This document shows, one piece after another, positions 19,558-29,061 of a DNA stretch of 64,000 nt; position 1 is the stretch's first letter; every line of letters begins with the position of its first letter. The position numbers and the translations under genes are program-made. Source of the stretch: an uncultured Actinomycetota bacterium. Lineage in GTDB: Bacteria; Actinomycetota; UBA4738. The notes under the pieces were generated by a model. The model was not told the origin of the DNA and did no database searches. It worked only from the letters and a program-made list of their open reading frames with translations. The DNA is taken from assembly GCA_963781595.1 (NCBI GenBank), contig CAWAGG010000006.1, positions 522,201 to 586,200 of the forward strand, written 5' to 3'.

Positions 19558-21540
19558 GTGCGGGTCTACCTGAAGCGCGCGTTGCTGATCGCCCTGGTCG
19601 TCGGGTTCTTCGGCCTGACGTTGTTCCTGCCGCTGTTCCTGGCGTTCGCGCCGATGACGTTCCCGACGGTGTTCACCTCGAAGTACTACACGTTCCCGGA
19701 GGTGAACATCGAAGCCTGGGTCCATCAGGACGGCTCGATGTCCGTGGTCGAACGGCGCACGTACGACTTCCAGAAGGGCGACTTCTCGTTCGCGTTCCGC
19801 GAGATCGCGCACCGGCAGGACGGCGACATCGTCGGCGTCGGCGTCGCCGACGAGCAGGGGGCGTACCACGAGTTCTCCCCGTTCGGCGGGCCCGGGCCGC
19901 TCGACCCCGGGATCCTGAGCATCAGCGACGGGTTCGATTCGCTGAAGGCGACCTGGTACTTCGATGCCCACGACGAGGTGAAGACGTTCGTCATCTCGTA
20001 CACGGCGCTGTGCGCGGTGAACGTCTACCCGGACGGCGCGCACCTGTACTGGCAGTTCATCCCCGGCGGGTTCGACAAGCCGACGGATCACGCGCGGATC
20101 ACGATCCACCTGCCCGGGCACGCGGAGGGCGGGGTGCGGCCAGGGCCGACGTGCTCGCCCGAGGACCCGCCGCAGGCGGACGAGGCGCTCCCGACGACGC
20201 CGCTGTCGCGAGGCCAGGTCCGAGTCTGGGGCCACGGCCCGCTCCAGGGCGACGTCAACTTCGCGAACCCGCAGACGGTGGTGCTGGACATCCAGGATCT
20301 GGCGCCGAACCGGTTCCTCGAGGGGAGCGTCCTGTTCCCGATCGACGCGGTGCCGCTGGAGGCGTTCGCGTCCTCCGGGAGGGGTCCCGACCTGAGCGCC
20401 GGGGAGGTCACGAGCGCATCGGAGGTCCTGGTGCAGGAGGAGCGGCTGGCCGCGGAGGCGAACTCGGTCCGGCGACGGAACGACCTCGTTCACGGTATCT
20501 GGCGTGTGGTCGCGATCGTGTACCCGCTCGTCCTCGTGGGCGCCGTGATCGTCGCGCGCCGCCGGGACCGTGTCCCGGACGTGCCGCGCACGCTGCAGGA
20601 GCCGCCGGAGACGCTGCACCCGGTCGACCTGGCGGCGCTGTGGGGTTCGTGGCATCACACCGGCCTGGTGATGCAGAACGCCTATCGGGCGCAACTGCTC
20701 TGGCTCGCGCAGCAGGGCACGATCGAGGTTCGAGCCGACGGCCGCGTCTCCGATCCGAAGGACATCGAGGTCGTGCTGAACGACCTGCCGACCCACCCGC
20801 TCGACCAGGAGTTCACGCAGTTCCTGTTCGAAGGGGACAGCGTCGGCCCCGTGGCGCTGTCGTCGCTGAAGGGCAGCGGCGCGCGGGGTGACGACCTGCG
20901 CACCTGGTGGAAGGCCGTCCAGACGAAGATGGCCTGGCAGCGCGCGAAGCGGCACCACCGGTGGGAGGCCCGCGTGATGCTCTGGTCGATGTTCGCCGTG
21001 ATGATCGTCGGGCTGGTCGCGGGGATCGTGCTGCGCCGGGGCGGCATCGTCTGGTTGGCGCTCACCGGCGCGCCGGTGCTGTGGGCGATCGCGCGATGGT
21101 TCCTGCCGTCTCGGATCGAGGACGGCGAGACCCGGGAACGCGTGGCGAGGTGGGCCGCGTTCCGGCGGTTCCTGAAGCGCTTCTCGTCGCTGCCGGACGC
21201 GCCCGCCCTGGCGGTGATCATCTGGGAGCGGTACCTCGTGTACGCGACGGCGCTGGGCGTCGCGGATCGCGTCGCGAAGCAGGTCAAGGCCCTGGTGCCG
21301 GAGGCCGAGCTGCCGTCCGTCTGGGCCGGCGCGCCCGCGGGCCTGACGGGGTTCAGCTGGGCGAACTCGATCTCGACCGCCGCGCCGGTGACCGTCGGCA
21401 TGATCGCGTCGTCGTCGTCCTCGGGCGTGTCATGGAGCGGCTCGAGTGGGAGCTTCTCGTCGTCGAGCGGGTTCTCGGGCGGTGGCTTCTCCGGTGGCGG
21501 TGGTGGCGGCGGTGGCGGCGGCGGTGGCGGCGCCGGGTGA
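19558..21540 (+). CDS. DUF2207-family membrane protein with C-terminal Ser/Gly-rich tail
   Basis: N-terminal TM, large extracytoplasmic domain, two TM helices, then SSSSGVSWSGSSGSFSSSSGFSGGGFSG(G)13AG tail. Confidence 0.7.
   Translation: MRVYLKRALLIALVVGFFGLTLFLPLFLAFAPMTFPTVFTSKYYTFPEVNIEAWVHQDGSMSVVERRTYDFQKGDFSFAFREIAHRQDGDIVGVGVADEQGAYHEFSPFGGPGPLDPGILSISDGFDSLKATWYFDAHDEVKTFVISYTALCAVNVYPDGAHLYWQFIPGGFDKPTDHARITIHLPGHAEGGVRPGPTCSPEDPPQADEALPTTPLSRGQVRVWGHGPLQGDVNFANPQTVVLDIQDLAPNRFLEGSVLFPIDAVPLEAFASSGRGPDLSAGEVTSASEVLVQEERLAAEANSVRRRNDLVHGIWRVVAIVYPLVLVGAVIVARRRDRVPDVPRTLQEPPETLHPVDLAALWGSWHHTGLVMQNAYRAQLLWLAQQGTIEVRADGRVSDPKDIEVVLNDLPTHPLDQEFTQFLFEGDSVGPVALSSLKGSGARGDDLRTWWKAVQTKMAWQRAKRHHRWEARVMLWSMFAVMIVGLVAGIVLRRGGIVWLALTGAPVLWAIARWFLPSRIEDGETRERVARWAAFRRFLKRFSSLPDAPALAVIIWERYLVYATALGVADRVAKQVKALVPEAELPSVWAGAPAGLTGFSWANSISTAAPVTVGMIASSSSSGVSWSGSSGSFSSSSGFSGGGFSGGGGGGGGGGGGGAG
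21415..21537 (+). repeat. Low-complexity GGY/TCG coding repeat (poly-Ser/Gly tail of DUF2207 protein)
   Basis: tcgtcgtcgtcc ... ggtggcggtggtggcggcggtggcggcggcggtggcggc. Confidence 0.7.
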
Positions 21541-21556
21541 GGCCCGGTCCTCCCGC

Positions 21557-23110
21557 CTACTTCTTGCCGAACAGCGTCCCGAGCACGTTGCGGATCACGG
21601 CCTGACCCTCTCGAGACGTCGCGATCTTCGTCCCCGCCTTCACGATGTCCCCGACGTCCACCCCCGCGTCCTTCTTCGCGGCCGGCGTGCGTCCGCTCTC
21701 CTGACCTCGCCCGCCCGACCTGGCAGCCTGGCCACCGGTCCCAGCCGTCGATACCTGTGCCGCCGCGATCCGCGCGGAGATCATCTCGTGTGCGCTCTCG
21801 CGGTCGATCGCCTGCGCGTACTTCGCGGTCAGCGGGCTCGCGGCGATCATCTGCTGCTGCGCGGCCGGGTCCATCGCCGCCATCAGCGAGTCCGGCGGGA
21901 TCAGCACGGTCCACGCCACCGGTGTCGGAACCCCGCGGGGCGAGAGCACCGTGACGAACGCCTCGCCGATCCCCAGGGCCTGCACGTCGCGTTCGATGTC
22001 GTAGTCCTGCGTGATCGGGAACGTCCGCGCGGCCTTGTGCAGGTTGTCGGCGTCCTCGGGCGTGAACGCGCGCAGGGCGTGCTGGACCCGGTTCCCGAGC
22101 TGCGCCAGGACCTTCGGCGCGACGTCGGTCGGCGACTGGGTGACCAGGTACAGCCCGACACCCTTCGAGCGGATCAGACGCGCGACCAGCTCGACCTGGT
22201 CGAGCAGCGCCTCCGAAGCCTGATCGAACAGCAGGTGCGCTTCGTCGAAGAAGAACGCGAGCTTCGGCTTCGGCTGATCGCCGACCTCGGGAAGCGACGC
22301 GTAGAGCTGGGCGAGCATCCACAGCATGAACGTCGAGAACAGTGACGGCTTGTCCATCACGTCGGACAGCTCGAGCACGTGGATCACGCCGGTCCCGTCG
22401 GGGTTCATCGTCAGCAGGTCGTGGACGTCGAACTCCGGTTCGCCGAAGAACGCGCCGGCGCCCTGCTGCTCGAGCGTGATGATCGAACGCTGGATCACGC
22501 CGAGCGTCGCCGTCGCCAGGTTCCCGTACGCGGCGAGCTCCGGCTTCGCCTCGTCGGAGCCGAGGAACTGCAGCGTCGTCTTCAGATCCGCCAGGTCCAG
22601 CAGCGGGAGCCGGTTGTCGTCGCAGTACTTGAACACCAGCGAGAGCACCGAGGTCTGCGTGTCGTTCAGGTCGAGGACCTTCGCCAGCAGCAGCGGCCCG
22701 AACGAATGCACGGTCGCGCGGACCTGCGCGCCCAGCTTGCCCGAGAGCGACAAGAGCTCGATCCGGTGGGCTTTCGGCGTCATCGTCCAGCCGATCTGCT
22801 GGCAGCGCGCCTGGACCTTCGGGTTCGTCGCGTCACCCGGCGCGCCGAGCCCGGTGAGGTCGCCCTTGACGTCGGCGACGAACACCGGCACGCCCGCATC
22901 CGACAGCTGGCTGGCGAGGACCTGCAGGGTCTTGGTCTTGCCCGTGCCCGTCGCGCCGGCGATCAGCCCGTGGCGGTTCGCCATCGAGTGCGCCAGCAGG
23001 ACCGGAACCCCCTGCAGGGTCTCGTTCTCTCGGAAGGGGAAGCCGAGCGTCAGGGCCGGCTCCTGCAGCGCGTAGCCGTCCTGCATCTCCTTCGTGAACG
23101 CCTGATCCAT
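21557..23110 (-). CDS. HerA-like/DUF853 (YjgR-family) P-loop ATPase
   Basis: Walker A GATGTGKTKT, Walker B FFFDEAH; 517 aa. Confidence 0.8.
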   Translation of the reverse strand: MDQAFTKEMQDGYALQEPALTLGFPFRENETLQGVPVLLAHSMANRHGLIAGATGTGKTKTLQVLASQLSDAGVPVFVADVKGDLTGLGAPGDATNPKVQARCQQIGWTMTPKAHRIELLSLSGKLGAQVRATVHSFGPLLLAKVLDLNDTQTSVLSLVFKYCDDNRLPLLDLADLKTTLQFLGSDEAKPELAAYGNLATATLGVIQRSIITLEQQGAGAFFGEPEFDVHDLLTMNPDGTGVIHVLELSDVMDKPSLFSTFMLWMLAQLYASLPEVGDQPKPKLAFFFDEAHLLFDQASEALLDQVELVARLIRSKGVGLYLVTQSPTDVAPKVLAQLGNRVQHALRAFTPEDADNLHKAARTFPITQDYDIERDVQALGIGEAFVTVLSPRGVPTPVAWTVLIPPDSLMAAMDPAAQQQMIAASPLTAKYAQAIDRESAHEMISARIAAAQVSTAGTGGQAARSGGRGQESGRTPAAKKDAGVDVGDIVKAGTKIATSREGQAVIRNVLGTLFGKK

Positions 23111-23213
23111 TGGCCGTCAGCCTCCCTCGGGGTGAGGACCGGGATATAGCACGGATGGAGCGCGGGCGTCCCGGGAGGAGATCCCGCGGCTGCGCGGCTA
23201 CGATGGCCGCCCG

Positions 23214-24404
23214 ATGGCGATGAGCGTGCTGGATCGGTCGAACGACCTGCTGGACCACGCCGTGGCGCTCCGGCGCCGGATCCACCGTCACCCGGAGCTG
23301 GGGCTCCAGCTGCCGCGCACGCAGGCGGCGGTGCTGGAGGCGCTGGACGGCCTCGGGTACGAGGTTCGAATCGGCGAACGGTGTTCGTCCGTGGTCGCGA
23401 CGCTCGACGGCCCGCAGGACGGCCCGACCGTGCTCCTGCGGGCGGACATGGACGCGCTGCCGATGCGCGAGGAGACCGGCTTGGAGTTCGCCTCCGAGGT
23501 CGACGGCGCGATGCACGCGTGCGGGCACGACGCGCACACCGCGATGCTCGCCGTGGCCGCGCGGGTGATCGCGGCGCACCGCGACGAGCTCCACGGCCGC
23601 GTGCTGCTGATGTTCCAGCCTGGCGAGGAGGGACATTTCGGCGCGCCGGCCATGATCGACGAAGGCCTCCTGGACGGCGACCGGCCGCCCACGGCGGCGT
23701 TCGCGATCCACCAGACGACCGCGGAGCGCGCTGGCCACGTCGCGACGAAGGGCGGCCCGCTGGCTGCGTCCGCCGACACGTTGCGGATCCTGATCCGCGG
23801 TCGGGGCGGTCACGCATCCGCGCCGCACATGACGCTCGATCCGGTGCCGGTCGCGTTCGAGATCGGGCTCGCGCTGCAGACGATGGTCACGCGGCGGATC
23901 AGCGTCTTCGACCCTGCCGTGGTGACGATCGCGCACGTCGACGCCGGGACGACGGACAACGTGATCCCCGAGCGGGCGACGATGCTCGGGACGATCCGCG
24001 CGCTGTCGGCGGCCACGCGCGAGGAGGTCCACGCGAGCGTCCGGCGCGTCGCCGAGCACGTCGCGGCCGCCCACGAGATGGAGGCCGTGGTCACGATCGA
24101 GGACGGCTATCCGCCGACCGTCAACGACCACGGGATGGCGGCCGCGGCGCTGCAGGTCGCGCGCGAGTTGTTCGGCGACGAACGCGTCCGCGAGATGCGC
24201 GCCCCGCTGATGGGCGCCGAGGACTTCTCGTACGTCCTCCAACGCGTGCCGGGCGCGATGCTCCGGCTGGGGACCGCACCGCCGGGGGTCGAACCCGTCG
24301 CGCCGAACCATTCGAACCGCATGGTGCTCCACGAGCCGGCGATGGCCGCCGGCATCGCCCTGTACGCCGCGCTGGCCCTGCGACACCTCGACGGTTCGGC
24401 CTGA
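23214..24404 (+). CDS. M20 family amidohydrolase (N-acyl-amino acid amidohydrolase/hippuricase-like)
   Basis: MHACGHDAHTAML, GEEGHFGA metal-binding motifs. Confidence 0.85.
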   Translation: MAMSVLDRSNDLLDHAVALRRRIHRHPELGLQLPRTQAAVLEALDGLGYEVRIGERCSSVVATLDGPQDGPTVLLRADMDALPMREETGLEFASEVDGAMHACGHDAHTAMLAVAARVIAAHRDELHGRVLLMFQPGEEGHFGAPAMIDEGLLDGDRPPTAAFAIHQTTAERAGHVATKGGPLAASADTLRILIRGRGGHASAPHMTLDPVPVAFEIGLALQTMVTRRISVFDPAVVTIAHVDAGTTDNVIPERATMLGTIRALSAATREEVHASVRRVAEHVAAAHEMEAVVTIEDGYPPTVNDHGMAAAALQVARELFGDERVREMRAPLMGAEDFSYVLQRVPGAMLRLGTAPPGVEPVAPNHSNRMVLHEPAMAAGIALYAALALRHLDGSA

Positions 24405-24461
24405 CCCGTGTCGCCGCGGATCGCCGAGGGCCGTAAACGGCTGAGGCCTCGCCGCGCGTCC

Positions 24462-25025
24462 ATGTCGCGTATGGACGACGGTGAGCGCGGCCTGACGACG
24501 GTGATCGACCCACTCGTCGGGCCTGCGGCCGAGGACGGGCGCGGGGACTTCGAACGGTTCTTCGCCGAGCACCACCTCGCCCTCTACCGGGCGCTCTGGC
24601 TGGTGACCCGGAACCGGCACGAGGCGGAGGAGATCGCGCAGGACGCGTTCCTGCGGATCTGGGAGCGCTGGCCTCGGGTGTCGAACCTGCCCGACCCGAC
24701 CGGCTACCTCTACCGGACCGCGATGAACGTCTACCGCAGCGGGCTGCGGCGGGCCGCGGTCGCGCTCCGCAAGACGGTCCGGGCGATGCCGCCCGACGAT
24801 CAGCTCGCGGCGGTCGAGGGCCGGGACGCCGCCGTCCGTGCGATGGCGTCGCTCACGCCGCGACAGCGCGCTGCCGTGGTGCTGACCGACGTGCTGGGAC
24901 TGACGTCGGAGGAGGCCGCCGGCGCGCTCGGGGTGAAGGCCGTGACCGTCCGGGTCCTGGCCGCACGCGGGCGCGAGGCGCTCCGGAGCACGATGAGCGA
25001 AGGCGAGGGTGGAGACGATGGGTAG
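24462..25025 (+). CDS. ECF-type RNA polymerase sigma-70 factor (alternative GTG start 24408)
   Basis: Region 2 (FERFFAEHHLALYRAL...AQDAFL) and region 4 (LTPRQRAAVVLTDVLGLTSEEAAGALGVKAVTVRVL). Confidence 0.8.
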   Translation: MSRMDDGERGLTTVIDPLVGPAAEDGRGDFERFFAEHHLALYRALWLVTRNRHEAEEIAQDAFLRIWERWPRVSNLPDPTGYLYRTAMNVYRSGLRRAAVALRKTVRAMPPDDQLAAVEGRDAAVRAMASLTPRQRAAVVLTDVLGLTSEEAAGALGVKAVTVRVLAARGREALRSTMSEGEGGDDG

Positions 25026-25962
25026 CGGAAGCGATGTGGGGGACCGGCTCCGTCGTTCGACGCAGGAGGTGAACCCGCCCGACGGCGATCCGTTCGAACG
25101 ACTGCAGCGGCGGCGCGCGCGAAAGCACCGGCGCGAACGGCTGCTGGCCGGCGGGATCTCCGTGGCGTTGGTCGGAGCGTTGATCGCCGGTTCGCTGATG
25201 GTCCTGCACGGCACCCGGACGCGCGCCGGCGGCGCGGCCTCCGGTGGCGCGGCCTCCGGCGGCGGCCCGAGCGTCCCGGTGGAGCTCCAGCCCGGCCAGT
25301 ACCTCTACATGAAGCAGACGCTCGTCCTGCATGGGGACACGTTCACGACCGAGACGTGGTGGGCGACCGACGGGTCCGGCCGGCAGCGGATCACGTGTTC
25401 GACGAAGGACTGCGTCACCGACTCGGGCCCCGGGTACACGTCGGCGTACGGGACCGAGGGCGACGAGACGTTCGGCCCGGGGCGGTTCCCGACGGATGAC
25501 GACCTGACGGGACTGTCGACCGACCCGGACACGCTTCGGCAGCAGCTGATCGATCGAACCGCGCCCGGCGGGCGGTCACCCGAACCCGCGTTCTCGCCCG
25601 GGCCGGAGCTGGGGCCTGGGGTGACGGTCGGTGGCCTGCTGTCCGCGATCGCGAACATCCTGCAGGATCCGAACGGTCAGCCGGCCCTGAAGGCCGCGGT
25701 CTTCGAGGTGGCCGCCGGCGTGCCCGGGGTCGACGTCCGAACCGGAACCACGGACCCGGACGGTCGCGTCGCCACGTCACTGAGGTTCCCGGTCGAGTTC
25801 GGCGCGACGTTCGACTACTACTTCGATCCCACGACCGAGCTCCTGATGGGGTACGCACCCACCGGGACCGAGTACTTCACCGAGTTCGACCAGGGGATCG
25901 TCGGCTCGACGGACATCACGCCGACCGGCGACCAGTGGGTGTTCCCGCCGGCGACGCCGTAG
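25018..25962 (+). CDS. Putative membrane-anchored anti-sigma factor / CU044_5270-like protein
   Basis: Start overlaps sigma-factor stop; single TM (LLAGGISVALVGALIAGSLMVL) followed by extracytoplasmic domain. Confidence 0.5.
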   Translation: MGSGSDVGDRLRRSTQEVNPPDGDPFERLQRRRARKHRRERLLAGGISVALVGALIAGSLMVLHGTRTRAGGAASGGAASGGGPSVPVELQPGQYLYMKQTLVLHGDTFTTETWWATDGSGRQRITCSTKDCVTDSGPGYTSAYGTEGDETFGPGRFPTDDDLTGLSTDPDTLRQQLIDRTAPGGRSPEPAFSPGPELGPGVTVGGLLSAIANILQDPNGQPALKAAVFEVAAGVPGVDVRTGTTDPDGRVATSLRFPVEFGATFDYYFDPTTELLMGYAPTGTEYFTEFDQGIVGSTDITPTGDQWVFPPATP

Positions 25963-26024
25963 GTCCAAACCCGGCCCGGAGCGGCTCGGGTTGCCCGTTC
26001 GCGATCGCTCGTTACGATGGCGCC

Positions 26025-27167
26025 GTGTCCGCCACCGAGGCGCTCGCCAGCGGGAACCGAGCCCTGCAGTCGTGGTCGTGGGACGAGGCCCGCCAGGCGT
26101 TCCAGGCGGCCGTGGACGAGGAACCGAGCGCGGAGGCCTACGACGGGCTCGCGACCGCCGCGGCGCTCCTGGACGACGGCACCGCGGCGATCGCCGCGCG
26201 TGAGGCCGCCTACCGCCTGTACCGGGAGCGCGGCGACGACGCGTCCGCCGCCCGTGCCGCCATCACGCTCGCCACGTTCGCCATGGACTTCCGCGCCGAA
26301 CCGGCGGTCGCGTCCGGCTGGCTCGAACGCGCCGGCGCGCTGGTCCGGGACGAGCCCGACTCTCCGACGACGGCCGCGGTGGTCGGCCTGCAGGGCTACA
26401 TGGCGTGGGCGTTCGACAAGGATCTCGAGCGCGCGCTGACCCTCTGCCGCACGTCGCTCGACATCGCGCGCTCGGTCGGCGAGATCCACACCGAGATGCT
26501 GGCCACGGGATGCCTCGGCCTGGTGCTGGTCAGCTCGGGCAGCGTCGCCGAGGGCATGAGGCTGCTCGACCTGGCCGCCGCCGCGGCGGTGGGCGGCGAG
26601 CTGCCGGACCGGGAGGCCGCGGTGAACGTCTGCTGCTTCCTGGTGACCGCCTGCGCGCGGGTCCGCGACTACGACCGGACGGCCGAATGGTCCGGCCACG
26701 TGCTGGACATGGCGACCGGGTGGACGAACGTCGCGATGTTCAGCATCCCTCGGGTCGAGAACGCCGAGGCGCTGATCTGGTGGGGTCGGTGGGACGAGGC
26801 CGAACGCCATCTGCTCGGCGTGATCGTCGATTCTGAACGCCGTCCGGCCGGCGCGGCGTACGCCTCGCTCCGCCTAGCCGACCTGCGGCGGCGCCAGGGG
26901 CGGTTCGACGACGCGGAAGCGTTGCTGGACGAACTCGATGCCCGGCCCCACCGATCCGGCCTCGCGTACCACACGGTCGCGGCGCGGGCGGCGCTGGCGC
27001 TCGACCGGGGCGACCCGGGCCGGGCGCTGGAGGCCGCGGAGCGCTTCCTCCGGGGGGTCCCGCCCGAGTACCCCGTCGAGCTGATCGGCGCCGCTCGAGG
27101 TCCTGGCCGCCGCGCGCGCGGCGACCGGCGATGCGGAGGGCGCATCCGCGGCATCCCGGTGATATGA
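26025..27167 (+). CDS. Tetratricopeptide-repeat protein (regulator-like middle domain only; C-terminus uncertain, alternative frame gives similar end)
   Basis: Ala/Leu-rich TPR-like helices; no HTH or ATPase domain; GTG start inferred. Confidence 0.45.
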   Translation: MSATEALASGNRALQSWSWDEARQAFQAAVDEEPSAEAYDGLATAAALLDDGTAAIAAREAAYRLYRERGDDASAARAAITLATFAMDFRAEPAVASGWLERAGALVRDEPDSPTTAAVVGLQGYMAWAFDKDLERALTLCRTSLDIARSVGEIHTEMLATGCLGLVLVSSGSVAEGMRLLDLAAAAAVGGELPDREAAVNVCCFLVTACARVRDYDRTAEWSGHVLDMATGWTNVAMFSIPRVENAEALIWWGRWDEAERHLLGVIVDSERRPAGAAYASLRLADLRRRQGRFDDAEALLDELDARPHRSGLAYHTVAARAALALDRGDPGRALEAAERFLRGVPPEYPVELIGAARGPGRRARGDRRCGGRIRGIPVI

Positions 27168-27634
27168 AGACCGAACGACGGGACTGGCGCCTTACTCACG
27201 AGCCCGTTGGCGCCACGTATCACGAGCTGCTCGCTTGCGCCTCGGTGGCTACAACCTCGCTCGGACTGATTACATACGCCTCACGCCAACTTAGCCAGGA
27301 TGGGCTGCTGGTCGACCTATCGCAGTACAAGAAGTCAAGCAAGACCGTAACGGCTTGGCCTGGAAGCACACTTGCGGACGGTTATGTCGCCGAACTTGAG
27401 ACCTTCGATTACGATTCGGCCGTGGCCGCAGTCCTCCTTCGCTATACACGCCGGCTCTACGATTGGGGATACCCATACCTCCCAGACGACCCGCACTGGC
27501 TGCGGAAGGACGGATCACTCTGGCTGGGAACGATTGTTCATGAGGAAGTCGCTTGGCTGGAATTGTCCTCTGCCGAGCGAGCCGCGATTGAACAGTCGTC
27601 GCCTTCTGTGTCGGAGTTGCTGATACCTGCCTGA
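27164..27634 (+). CDS. Hypothetical protein at start of lower-GC islet (possible orphan immunity-type protein)
   Basis: 156 aa ORF, GC visibly lower than flanks; no recognised domain. Confidence 0.4.
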   Translation: MKTERRDWRLTHEPVGATYHELLACASVATTSLGLITYASRQLSQDGLLVDLSQYKKSSKTVTAWPGSTLADGYVAELETFDYDSAVAAVLLRYTRRLYDWGYPYLPDDPHWLRKDGSLWLGTIVHEEVAWLELSSAERAAIEQSSPSVSELLIPA

Positions 27635-27639
27635 GGGCA

Positions 27640-28340
27640 TTTGGATTCGTCAATCACGACCTTGCGAGCCGGATGACCAGGCCACGGTCTCCGGGACCAC
27701 GACGACGTACGCCTACGACTGGGACGGCAACCGCCTCTCGGCGAGCACCGGGGGCACCACGACGAGCTACCGCTGGGACACGAACGATCCTGGCGACCGA
27801 GACCGACGGCTCGGGCTCGACGCTCCGGGGCTACGATTACGGTTGGGGACTGGGACTCGATGACGACCGACGCAGGCACGACGTTCTACGACCACCGCGA
27901 CGCCTACGTCAACGCCGCGAACATCACGACCTCGGGGCGGCTCGACCCGCTGGACGTACGCCTACGGCGCGTTCGGGGTCGCGACCTCGGCGACGTCCTC
28001 CGGTGGGAGCCCGCCGACGAACGTGACGCGCTTCGATTCGCAGTTGCTCGATCCGGCGAACTCGCTATATGACCTGCGGCGGGCGTCTACGACCCCTCGC
28101 TCGGACGGTTCCTGCAGCAAGAGCCGGTGCCGAACCCGCTGACGACACCGTACACGGGGGCTACGTGTATGCGACGAACCACCCGACGACGCTGAGCGAT
28201 CCGTCCGGCACGCCGATCGGTCCCCCGGGCAACTTCAACCGGAGTGGCAGCTTCCTTGGCGACTGGTGGGCCGGGGACAAAGAGCCATACGCCGATTGGA
28301 AAGCGGACCGACGGCACCGAACGTCGTTGGTGGACTAATG
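27640..28340 (+). pseudogene. RHS-repeat C-terminal core fragment (YD repeats + RHS-associated core ending DPxG), broken by several frameshifts
   Basis: TTTTYAYDWDGNRL; ...ILATETDGSGSTLRGYDYG...; MTTDAGTTFYDHRDAYVNAANITTSGR; YAYGAFG; (R)VYDPSLGRFLQQEPVPNPLTTPYTGGYVYATNHPTTLSDPSGT in three different frames; no intact upstream RHS body. Confidence 0.6.
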
Positions 28341-28562
28341 ATTGCCGCTGACGGGGGCGCGCTCGCCTGCTTCTACGCATTCGCCGCTTGCGCGACGGCC
28401 CTGTCGTCGTCCGTCGCTGTGTCCGTGGGTGCTCCAATGCGCGCAGGCAGCGTCCGCTAATCTTCAACTCGCGAATGGAGTCGCTGAGCAACGGGCGGCA
28501 CGCTCGTGGAGGCCGGAGGCGATGGCTAGGTCATCCAAGCCGGCAACATCGTCATACGAGTC

Positions 28563-28787
28563 ATGAATTCGGGAGGAGGACGAGTGGACTATTGGAAGTT
28601 GTCGGTGGGCCGGGAAAGCGGCCCATACGGCAAGCGGCGCCGCTACGAACGATCCGGCGCTCACGCACAACCCGATTACGTCTACGTCGCTGGACGACAT
28701 CATGAACATCTTTCGGAGGCTGAGGCAATGAGTACGTTGAATGCGCTGTGGGGCGGAACTCTTCGACGCATTGAGATTGCCCTATAA
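28563..28787 (+). CDS. Small hypothetical ORF in low-GC islet (74 aa)
   Basis: GGGAGGAGGA RBS before ATG; low GC; no known motif. Confidence 0.3.
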   Translation: MNSGGGRVDYWKLSVGRESGPYGKRRRYERSGAHAQPDYVYVAGRHHEHLSEAEAMSTLNALWGGTLRRIEIAL

Positions 28788-28866
28788 GACCGAGCGGTCG
28801 TGCTGAGTGTGGATGTGTCGCATGAGAGGGCCGTTCTGCTGAGCGACATGCTATGAGACTCGGGAG

Positions 28867-29061
28867 GTGACGGAACTGAGGTTTGCCAACTCTCTCGAGT
28901 CGAACTACGTTGAGACGACTGAAGTGCGTGTGCGTCCCGCTCCGCCGGACCAGTGGGAATTGGAGTTCGTGTTGTGGGTTGAGAAATCGCAATTGACCAT
29001 ACGATGCACGAGAGTCTTGCTAGACGACGAAGTGCCGGTCGAAGTCATTGATGGTATCTGA
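28867..29061 (+). CDS. Small hypothetical ORF in low-GC islet (64 aa)
   Basis: GGGAGGTGA RBS-like before ATG; low GC. Confidence 0.3.
   Translation: MTELRFANSLESNYVETTEVRVRPAPPDQWELEFVLWVEKSQLTIRCTRVLLDDEVPVEVIDGI

Noticed and set aside
21415-21537. Possible CRISPR-like or tandem repeat
   Set aside because: A simple trinucleotide (GGY/TCG) coding repeat inside a gene, with no spacers and no cas genes; nothing CRISPR-like elsewhere in the window
20682-22322. 546-aa ORF containing a 13-Pro run
   Set aside because: The poly-Pro is simply the reverse complement of the poly-Gly tail of the DUF2207 gene; the ORF also crosses the convergent DUF853 gene out of frame
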